64,000 bases of DNA from Chrysomallon squamiferum. Lineage: Eukaryota; Animalia; Mollusca. Each line of letters starts with the position of its first letter. Position 1 is the stretch's first letter. A program made the translations under genes and the position numbers. Location of the stretch: NCBI GenBank assembly GCA_012295275.1, contig CM022671.1, forward strand, positions 34,472,001 through 34,536,000, read 5' to 3'. This document shows positions 1 through 11,989 of the stretch, piece after piece. Below the pieces are notes generated by a model. That model did no database searches. It saw only the letters and a program-made list of their open reading frames with translations, and was not told where the DNA came from.

Positions 1-472
1 GGTTCTATGTGTCTTTGTACAAAATAGAAAATATGGATATCTATGTGTATTTGTGCCACCATATATACTGTATGTAAGTAAGAAATATAAGTATTTTTAT
101 AGAATGTGTAACAGAAGGTAGTTTAGTAATAAGATAACAAATGGGCACATGTGTATGAATATCGTGATTTTTAAAGTAAATTTTTCAGTTTTGAATACTG
201 TTGTGTAATGGACATAGAATGTAATATTAAAACTAAAAAAAGAACTATGTTGTGTAACTTGATAATAACTATTAACAATGTTAGTATAAAATAAATATAA
301 AAAAATTAAATTTAAAAAAAAGTAATAAAAGAAATGAAAAACAAAAATAAGTAACTTATTTTAATTTACAAAATACCTTTAAAATTGTTAATAAAGAAAA
401 CAGAATCAAGAGAAAAAAACCATTCCACATTTCAGTTTAGTAATGATAAAAATAAATCATATTTTGATAATG

Positions 473-514
<42 letters not shown>

Positions 515-1403
515 GTTGTTAATATATCCAGTACCAGTTAATTATATAAATTAATTAAAGAAGTATAACATCAGTCTGTTTTAAACAATATTAACTAACA
601 AATTATAACCTCCACTGGTTTAACTATTTCCAAGACATAACAAAGAAAAACATTTGTTTTTCATTCCATTTCCATAACATGGCTTATAAATGATAATACA
701 ATGCTAAAATAATCAATTTAATTTTAAACAGATAGTAGTATGTGTTTATGGGTATTTTTAAAGTTGTATATGAACATGCATTGTGTGTCAATGTATACAT
801 AAAGTGCACCAACATTAAAACAATATTTCCTTAATAAACATAAAAATGCTAACAACGTTAGATAATGTTAAAGTATTCTAATAAATATTTTGATTACTAA
901 GCAAGTAAACTTTAAATGAATAAAACAAAACAAAATATAAATCTGTTTAACTTTTCTTTGTCTCTGTTAGGAAAGATAAAAGATTTTATTTTTTTACTTA
1001 TAACAAATATTTTCAAATGCTTCACAAACAGAAAATACATAAACTGATAAATATTTTTTTATTTTTACTTATTCCAATTTTATAAATTTATGATAAGTTT
1101 TTTTTTTTTTTTTTCATTTTAATATCTTATTTGGATTTTTAAAATTTAGTTTCAGTTTTTGTTTTACTTTAGTTTTATTTCATTTTGTTTAATTTAATTC
1201 AATGTATTTTAATTCTTAGTCTATTTCAGATTTCTTTTTTTATAATTTTGTTTTTTGGTATTATTAAATTTTAATTTTAATTTTAATTAATTTTAATTTC
1301 ATTTAATATTTTTTATAAATATATTTAACAATTTTTTTTTTTTTTTTTTTATTTTTTTTTTATTTTTTTTTCATTTTCTTTAAATTCACACTTTTGAACT
1401 AAC

Positions 1404-1579
1404 CTGACGTGTAAATTTGGGAATTCGACAATTTCTCCGTCACAGTTCCACACGCTGTGTTGTGCGCGCAGAGGAATTCTGTGCATTGCGTTTTCATCCA
1501 GATCTCCATAATCTGAATGAGTTGGTGGTTCAAACTTGAACTCCTTCACTCGGTATGTTTGTATAAAGTCAAAATTGAA
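1404..1579 (-). CDS. CERK: CERK exon 11
   Basis: FNFDFIQTYRVKEFKF...SVWNCDGEIVEFPNLHVR; GTTAGT donor, so the terminal exon is outside the window. Confidence 0.92.
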
Positions 1580-1657
1580 CTGGAACAGGATGAAAACATA
1601 CACAACTATAATAATAACAGCTAAAATAACAACAGCAATAACACTTATAACAACAAC

Positions 1658-1715
<58 letters not shown>

Positions 1716-1795
1716 TAATAATAATAAATAATAATAATAACAATTAATAAATAATTTTGATAATAATAAAAAATAATAATTAATAAATAATTTTG

Positions 1796-1852
<57 letters not shown>

Positions 1853-2300
1853 CAAGAAGCAGAAGAATAACAAAATAAAAATAATAATAACAACAACAGC
1901 TGAACTGCTAACTAATAACACATTACATACAAAAAAGCACAGTTTTTGCAGACTGCATTTGCCGAGACTGGCAAATACTGCTAACTAAATAACTAGTCTC
2001 ATTTAGGTACGAAAATTTCTACCTGATCTGAATTTCTATCTGTACATCGATAAAGATGTCGTAGATACTCGACACGGGAGCAGTTGAAGACGAGAACGAG
2101 GTCAATGCTGCCGTCACCCAGGTGAGACGTTGGTGAAACGCCGTCAGGTGTCATTGGACTGCGACAGCTCATACTGTACGAGTTGATAGCAACAAATTTA
2201 CCTTTCACTTTGTGCCAGCCATCTCTACTCACTGAAATAATAATAATAGTAATAATAATAATATAATAATAATAATAATAATAATAGTAGTAATAATAAC

Positions 2301-2337
<37 letters not shown>

Positions 2338-2601
2338 GTAGTAATAATAATAATAATAATAGTAGTAATAATAATAGTAATAATAATAAGTTTTAATAAT
2401 AATAATAACAATAATAATAACAATAACTATAATAGTAACATTATTAATAATTATAACAATAATAACAATAATAAAAACAACAATAATAAAAACATTTATA
2501 ATAATAATAATTATAAAATCATAATAGTTATAATAATAACAATAACACTTAACAGTAATAAAAACAAATAATAATAATAAGAATAATAATAATAATAATA
2601 A

Positions 2602-2632
<31 letters not shown>

Positions 2633-3959
2633 AAGAAGAAGAAGAAGAAGAAGAAGAAGAAGAAGAAAGGTAATAAAAGCAACTAATTAATAATGTACAT
2701 TCTTAGACACCTTGGTTTCCTATTTCTTTTGCTCTGTCACACAGAAGTTCAGTCTCACTTTTCTTGGCCGCTTCAGAGCACACTGAACACCTAAAAATAT
2801 TTTAAATTTATTTTAAAATTTTAAAACTATATCTTTATAATAAAATACCTATACACAAAGATGTCTGTACAGCATTGTGTTTTGGTGTCTTCATGAATTT
2901 CAGAAAGAACTGTATTCATTTAATAACCCATTCAACATATTCTTAATCTATGATTACAAAATGCAATAAACATGAAACAAACAAAATCAAAGAAATCAAA
3001 GACAAAATCCACTGTCGCCAAGAACATTGGGTCCTCTTTTTTTACTCAGCAAAAAAGTAATTGCAACAAGCTACCCTCCCATACACAGCAGCCACATAAC
3101 CACAATTTTGAAACATTGGGTCCTCTTTTTTTACTCAGCAAAAAAGTAATTGCAACAAGCTACCCTCCCATACACAGTAGCCACATAACCACAATTTTGA
3201 AAAAAAATCAGACATGGGCCCTGTCTGGATTGTGGCAACAAAATGTGGTCCTATTATGATATCCTTGAAGAGAAACTCTCTTTAAAAATTAAAAATTTCA
3301 TACCCTTCCATAACTGAGAAACAAAGTGTCCCCATTCTCCCATCCATTTTGAACTCACCCAGACAAGCAGCGAGCTGCTTCCAATGGTTGACTAGGTGAA
3401 TCGGGTGACAGCAGAAAAGACACTTCTCCATCATAACACTTCTTTGTGAGAAATTTCTTAAATCCTGGGAAAAAACAACAAAGAACAAAACATTATTATT
3501 TCAGCACTATGATGTTGATTTAATAGGTTCAAGTCTGTGTGTTTATATATATATGTGTCTATACATGTCTCTGTATTTTAAATGTATATGTTTATGTGTA
3601 CATGTGTACATGTATCTGGGTGCCTGATTGTGTGTATTTTTGTCTGTTTTTCAGTATCTTTGATTATGAGGGATGTGGTCATGTGTATGTGTTGCTTTCA
3701 TGAACTGATAAAAAAATCTGACTGAACAGGACAAAAACAAACAAACAAATTCAACAACTAAAAAAAACACAAAAGAAAACAGACCACTCCAGCTGTATCG
3801 TTTTGGTCCCATCCATCGAAAAGATTCACTGTCTTCTAGAACGTCACCATAGAAACCATAGGCCATCATTGTCACACTGTATTTGATGAATTTATCATTG
3901 TTGTACAAGGCACACACATCAATGCCAGTTCTGTCACCTGCACAAAAAATAATAACAAC

Positions 3960-4000
<41 letters not shown>

Positions 4001-4061
4001 TAATAATAATAATAATAATAATAGTAATAATAATAATAATAATAAAATAACAGTGGTAAAA

Positions 4062-4093
<32 letters not shown>

Positions 4094-7000
4094 CAACAAG
4101 AACAACATTAATAAATAGTATTAAAAAAATGAAAACAACAACTTGATAATATTATTAAAAATAACAATAACAATAACACTAAAAATAATAACAAAGACAC
4201 AAAATAAATATATCATTATGAAAGGGGCACAAAGATAAGAGCAAACATTAAAGATTTTTTATTTTTGAACGGATAACTTCAAATGGTTAACAAATACTCT
4301 TTATTTATTTATTCCTTACTGTTTTAATTTTTACTTTCTTACCCAGAATGATATGCAAAGCTGATGTTACTGGATCATTGGTGCCTACAGTTGTACACAC
4401 AACAGCATCTGTTGATCCTAGAAATACAAATTAAATATCTGTATACATTATATACTGTACTAGAAACATAAATTAAACAGCTGCTTATGTTACATGTTAC
4501 ACAAATCAAATATCTGTAGAATATGTACGTGTGTATGTGTATACATCTGTATATATTACATAATGTATTAGAAACACAAATATCTGTAGAATATGTAAGT
4601 GTGTATGTCTATACATGTGTATATATTACATAATGTATTAGAAACACAAATATCTATAGAATATGTACGTGTGTATGTATACATCTGTATATATTACATA
4701 ATGTATTAGAAACAAATATCTGTAGAATATGTACATCTGTATGTCTATACATCTGAATATATTACATAATGTATTTGAAAAACAAATATCTGTAGAATAT
4801 GTGTGTATGTGTGTGTTTGTGTGTACATGTATGTGCATGCACACACAAACACACACACACACACAGTAATAATGTAAACATAGTTAAAATGTATGTGTGT
4901 TATCAAACGTGTTATATCTCACCTTCTCTCACATCTTTCTCAATTAGTGACATGGATTATCAACGTTAACAGTCATAATAATTATCATCTATCAACACAA
5001 ATACACAGCCTGTTTTAATCATCATTATCAGTTTTACCATCATCATCATCATCATTACCCTGTTTCCCAGTGCAAGGTCGCAATCAATATGTGTGTCTAA
5101 CTACTTTCTAATTACAGAAACACAAAGCTAAAATACAGAACACAAATACCTCACCAAGAACTGCATGTTTATCACACAGAGTCGAGGTAGGTCCACAAAA
5201 TCAATAACTGGATTGTAAATTAACCATTGTTTTATTCACTTTTCTATATCTACGTTAGAATGATCTTAACGTTCAGAAAATATGAATAAGAAAATTAATA
5301 TTCAGAAAAGATGTGTGGAGATTTAGTTAGTGACATTTTTGTTTTAGAAAAATAAATAGTAAGTACAAGGCAATGTTATTACTGATGATATTACTGCCAC
5401 TATAGCTATTATTAGAATAAAAATATTTTGATTAAAAACAGCAATAATAACAACAACAACAATAAATTAATAACAATAATAACAATAGTTATAATAAAAA
5501 CCATATTACAAAAAATAAATAAATAATTAAATAAATAAAATACAGTTTTTTTTTTTTTGTTTTTTTTATATTGATCTTCAGGTTTGGTATAATTTTAGTG
5601 CCATCTGGCTGCCACAGTCTGTAACAATCTACACATAAACCAAGGTTAATCTACAGGTAAATCATAAAAACAAATCTACAGGTAAATCATAAAAGTTATG
5701 TATAGGTAAACCAACATTAATCTGGAAGTACAATAAGAGTAATCTACAGGTACATCTTACAACTAATCTGCAGGTAAATCAAGATTAATCTGCAGGTAAA
5801 TGAAAACTAATCTGCAGGTAACAACAATAAGACTAGTCTACAGGTAAATCAAGATTTAAGACAGATGATATTTAATTACCAGCTGGAATGATTCCAATTC
5901 TCAGATCTGGTTTGGTGGGTTCGTGGTGACTGTCGCGGTTAATGGCTTTATCTTTGCTAGTGCGTGCAAGCAGTCCATTCATCAGTTCAGAAAACGTTCC
6001 GTCCCCTCCCACTCCAACAACACTGAAAATTAATTAAACACATGTCCTCTCATTTGTGACACAAAGTGGATTTATATGCTAGGTGTGTCAGAATATAAAA
6101 ATATATACGTTTTAAAAATATTTACGTACGTACCCATCAATTTTTGAGAGATCGTAATCCTGAAGGACATCGTATGCATGTGAACCATGTGTGGTTACTG
6201 AAAAATAAAAATAAGCATATATAAATATATAAATATATATAATAAAGCTATAAATGTAATGACAAATACATGTCTCTGCATTGGACAAATACATGTCTCT
6301 GTCTGTCTCTCTGTCTCTCTGTCTCTCTCTCTCTCACACACACACACGCACACACGCACACAAAGATTTCTCATGTGTTTTTAATAATGAATTATTTCTG
6401 ATGCACATAGTGGCTTGTAGGATCAACCCCTCTCAGGCTAATATTTTTATTTTTCATTTTAGTTAATGTTTTACATCAGACATATTAACATCTAGAAAAT
6501 TAACTGTTTTCCTGTCTATGGGAAAACATATATAAAACTTTCTTTACTGCTGATTAATAGGAGTAACCTACAGGTTAAAAGAAATTTAAAAATCAAATAT
6601 TGTATATAAATAAAAATGCTTTGTGATTAGTAAAATCAAGACAACTATCAATATTAATATGTGAACCAATGTAGAGTTATTATTATGTAAATTCATTTAC
6701 TTACTCGATCAACCTGACATCATTACAGTTTTAAAAATTAAACATTTAAATTAGCAATAAATGTTTGTTTAATGATTTACACAAAGAATAAAAAAAAAAT
6801 TAAAAAAAAAAAAAAATAAATGAAAGTTATCTGACTATAATAATAAACTCTGAATTATTTGAAATAAATAATAAACTGAAGACACCCATAATTAACTGCA
6901 TATTTGTGGACAAAATTAAACGACATTAACTGGAACACTTTCAGTAAAAAGGAAATGAGAGATATCTTACCTACAATATCAGTGCAGATATCTGCGAGTT

Positions 7001-8442
7001 TAAAAAGTGGGGCAATTTTCTCTCTGTACAGTTTGGCAGCTTTCTTCTTCCCTCCAAATGGGTTAATGAAAACCAGCAAATTGTTTGGCCTCTGTTTCTC
7101 TGAAATAAAACATTAACTTTAGTTACTGATGTTAAAGGAATGGGGTTTGTTAGAATGATTGAGACAGAATCAGAGTCGGGGTTGACAGGAAGGATTCTTA
7201 CTAGTATATGGACTGCAGATTGTTTTATTCATGTTTATTTATTTTTGTTTTATTTGGGGGGTCAGATACAGAGTGTAATAATAAATTTATCCATCAGGTT
7301 CTATTTTTATATTTCTGTTAGGGCTCCATATTGTGGGACCAAACAGGTTTATCTAAATGTTTAGTGTGTCACTGTGTGATTTCTTTTGTCTGTAAAGTGG
7401 TGTAGTTATTATATTAATAACAAATTATTATTTTTTTTTTTTTTTTTTAAATGCATAAGTTGTCAATAAATTAATGTACAGCTACATAATCATTTTATGT
7501 AACACAGTAACTTAAAAAACTGTGACCTTTTACAAGACTTGTAAAATAAATTATTAAAAAAAACACCCAGAATTTTCATAACTTAGGGGTTTTTAACCAC
7601 CATTTGAAAGTGAAATCTGGTTTACAATTAATAATGCTGACATAGTCTGTGTCCACAATAGAGTTAGAATTAAAAAAAAAAATTGTTTACAATTTTAATA
7701 ATGGGCAAGACCATCATAATGGGGACACCTGCATCTTTAACAGTGATGCTTTCCAGAATTCTTCAGGTAATTGAAGATATGAATTAATGTTTGCCCATGC
7801 TCATGCTGTGATAATATCAAAGGTTACTGTCTGTTGACACAAAGTCACTCAAGGTTAACAGAAACTGTCTGTTAACTTCCAATTTAGTGAAAACTTCTCC
7901 TAACAGTGTCTGGTTGCTCATTATTTCACATCTACTTGGTTGTTTACAATCTCAAACAAGACAACATTACAAAGATGTTGCATTGAAATCTGAGAAAACA
8001 AAAGATAACAAAATGTGGAGGTTTTTTCCTTTAGTACAGTCTCCTTTGCATTTCTGTCAACAAAGCCATAATGTAGTTACTAATTTTATAAAATAAAGTA
8101 AAAAAATCATCTGCAAAATTGTTTTTATTATTATTTATAATTTTAAAACTGTCCACATTTCAGAATTATGGTTTATTTTATATGCATTATACATTTTTTT
8201 GTTTAACAGCTATTAAAACGATATGTATTGTGGCTCATCAAACATTTATTTATTCATTTTATAACTCTATACTATTTTTAACATACATCTAGTTTTAAAC
8301 ATATCAAACAAAATGGAAAGAAAAATGTGTATATCTGTTTCTATGAGGGTGTATGTACTATATATATCATTACAGGCATGTATGTATTTTTATGTTTTAT
8401 GTATGTTTGTATTTTGTCTGTATTTTGTCTGTATGTGTTTTA

Positions 8443-8481
<39 letters not shown>

Positions 8482-11400
8482 TGCATGTATCATATACATA
8501 TACATGTACATCATGCATGTGTGTGTATTACTCTGATGTGCAATACACAGATATACAAATCTTTGATCTATTCTTTCATGTTGTAAATCACTACTACATG
8601 ATACTTCCTTTCTCTCCCCCCCCACAGGGTCATTGACAGGTATAATATTACACAGGTAAGACAGGTACACGAGTACAGGTAAAACAAAGTTCAGTGTAAG
8701 TACTGTACCTGTCACTTCTCAATGTCAAACTACTAATCAATAATATGTAGAGAAATAATAACATTAACAGTAAAGAGTTCTTGTAGAGAGGCACTGTTTG
8801 GGTATATATAAACACAAAAAGCAGAAGAAACAGATAATTAATGAACAAATGAATAAACATCAATAAGAGATTTAGAAATTTAAATATTTAATTACAGCTA
8901 TAGCAATAAAATAATAATTTTAAAATGATGGATAAATAATATATACATCTGTTTAAACATATAAAGAAATTTTATTAATAAATTTTTGAGAGGATTTTTT
9001 GAAGTGCATTTTGGGTGATTTGCAGAAATAGTCTAAATATAATTATTTGTACAGCATGTATTCAGGTTATGTTTTCTAAGGTTTTTCACTTTTTTTTCTT
9101 CTTTTTTTTAATTTTTATGTCATCTAATTTTAACTAATAATGAAACAAAATAACAAAAGTTTAAAAACATCTTGTAGCACCCATTTTTGTTTTAAAAATT
9201 ACATGCAGTGTGGACTAATAATAACATGTGACTATTGTTGTAAGATTAATCACAGATATTAAACCTGCAGTGTATGAAATGACGTCACAACTCAAAATCT
9301 GAAGCTTTGCAATGGTGGGTTTTAAAATGTTGAATTTTCAACAGTATTATTTTATCACCATACTCCCTGACAAGCAAAGGCCCAACTATAAAAAAACATT
9401 AACTTGACAGTATGATGAATTCTTACAGACAACAGGTACACTTTATACACAAATATTCTCTCACCCGGTCGGTACAGTTCATCCTGCAGTCTGTCCACCC
9501 ACATTTGGCACACCTCAAATTCTGGCGTCATGAAGGTTATCTGCTTGTAGCGCCATCTGTGTCTGGGTATGCGTTTGATGTAGTACACAGAGAAAGAGTT
9601 CGGTTTGAGGGGATTCATCTCGATGCACAGGTAAACCTTGTTCCCATCGGTTGTCTTGAACTTGTCTTTCGCTGGCGGAGGCTTCTCCAGTTTGACAGCT
9701 ATCACTTCCTTCAAGTCTATGCATTCTCCAAAAGAGCCTGCATCAAGATAAAATTTTAAAAATAAGCTGTGAAATTGTTTTATCTAGTGCGTTGTTGCCT
9801 TTGGGTTTATTTTGTTGTGTTTTTTTATTTGTTTTTTATTTTTTTATTTTGCAGGGTTAAATTATATATTCAGTATACATTTTATCCAGTTTATTATGAA
9901 TGCATAACTGCATATGTGTACACTTTTGTGCCCAAAAAAATAAAATATATATATATATATATACACACAGAATGATAGATGTAGGTAGATGTGCAAGTGT
10001 TGGTGTTTGTAAGGATGTGCACTTTTCTGTTTAATATGCATTACACACCTGGCATTTATACTGCTAAGATAAAGTTACATAAAAAAGACTTGTACAGGTA
10101 TTTATATGTGTGAATAGGTGTAAATGAATGTGTGCAGATATGTATATATTTTGAAAAAAAATTTAAAAAAATAATAAAAATTTGGAATAAAATAATATTA
10201 CAGCAAACTGGTTTTGCTGATACATATTTAAATAAAATAACTGCTGCATTGTATTTTTCATATATCTGTGTGTGTGTATTTGTCTGTGTGTACTGAAATA
10301 ATATTTAGATAATTAATAAAGGACAGTCAGTCAGTGTGTTTCTGTGTTAGTGTCCTTTAGTCCGTGTGTACTTTCAAAACTCACAGATTTGTTATTTGAG
10401 CTGAAACATGTCAAATATTCGGCACACTGCCTTGTAACCGTATTGAACGTATTTCCGCATCACGCAACAAGCTTCGAATGAAAACAATACATCAGAACAA
10501 AGTGTGTATGATGTTAGAAAAATTTATCCTAACAACTCAAACTTGTTATGATGTATGTATAATTACACATTTTAAACAATATATAAAAATATTAAATAGA
10601 TTTTTATCTGTGAATAAATAAAAGAAATGATATATAAAAACAAACACTTGGAACTGATCTGCTGAATCGGCCTTTAATAAACTTTACTTCAAGCTTCTGA
10701 TTTTTGACAAAACCTGTCTATAGCTTGTACTGAATGAGGTAGGCCTCAAGTGTAAAATATTTTATAAAATCATTTGTTTATATGCAATACACACATATAT
10801 ACCTATATCCACACACACACGCACACACACACACACAAATACAAAACACAGACATGCCATCAGTTTGTTATCAGATGAACTGGTATAAAACTACAATAAA
10901 AAGATCTCGTCTAAAATTTCTATACAAGAACTAAAAACATGTTCAAACACTTTTTTGTACATAATTACATTTAATATAAATTTTAACTAATTTCCATTCA
11001 GAAACAATACTGATTTTTATCAAATAGGTTTATGTTATTATAATACAGTACATTCTTTCTATATGCATATAATGGTATATTTAATATTATGAAAAATGAA
11101 ATACAACACTATTATATAACATGTAAGATTTTAATGGATAGAAATGTAACAGAAGGTGAACATAACAGAATTATCAATAATACAGAACCCAAACAAACCA
11201 AAAGAATGAATTTAAAAACAAAAAATGATTGATAGAGAAATGAAAGAAATCTATTTGGAATAAATTTTTAATGGCACCTTTGCAAAAAATTATTGCTGTC
11301 ATAAGGTGACACCTGGAAGTATATAGATATAATAAATTGATTTATAATTTATGGCTATGCAAATTAAACGATATCAAACAGGCCAAGAAAGAAAAATGTA

Positions 11401-11952
11401 CTCAGTATACCTTAGAGTTCACATCTCAGGTTTCATTATAAAAGAATTTTAATGATTCTCAGAATAATTTAATCACATTTGAATTACATAAGAAAAGTTC
11501 AAAGATTATTTCTTTGTTGATTAATAATAAATAATCTAACTTATTTAATTTGTTGTCAACGGGTACACACATACACACAAACACACATACAGAAAAGAGA
11601 TATATAAAATAATAAACGTTATATATACATGTCCCAAACTCATACATATATATACACAGACAAATATACAAACATACATTTATTTGAGTGTTCTGTCAAA
11701 TGACAGTTATATAATTTGCTGTCAATATACAGATGCATGCACACACAAAAACACACACACACACACACATAGAAAACACATAAACATTATATATGTATAT
11801 ATCCTATATATACATGTAGACAAATACACATGCATTTTTTTAAATGTGCTGTCAAATAACAATTATTTTGAATTAATATATTTCAGAATAAAACTTTATA
11901 CATTTATAAATTTAAAGAAAAAAAAAACAGATATATATTTTCAAAATTAAAA

Positions 11953-11989
<37 letters not shown>

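Noticed and set aside
3301-3358. Possible extension of CERK exon 8 to a downstream GTATGA donor
   Set aside because: Read-through in the CERK frame hits TGA immediately (TCT GGG TGA).
10317-10359. 9-bp inverted repeat TAAAGGACA...TGTCCTTTA as a transposon remnant
   Set aside because: Too short, with no clear target-site duplication; cannot be distinguished from chance without a repeat library.
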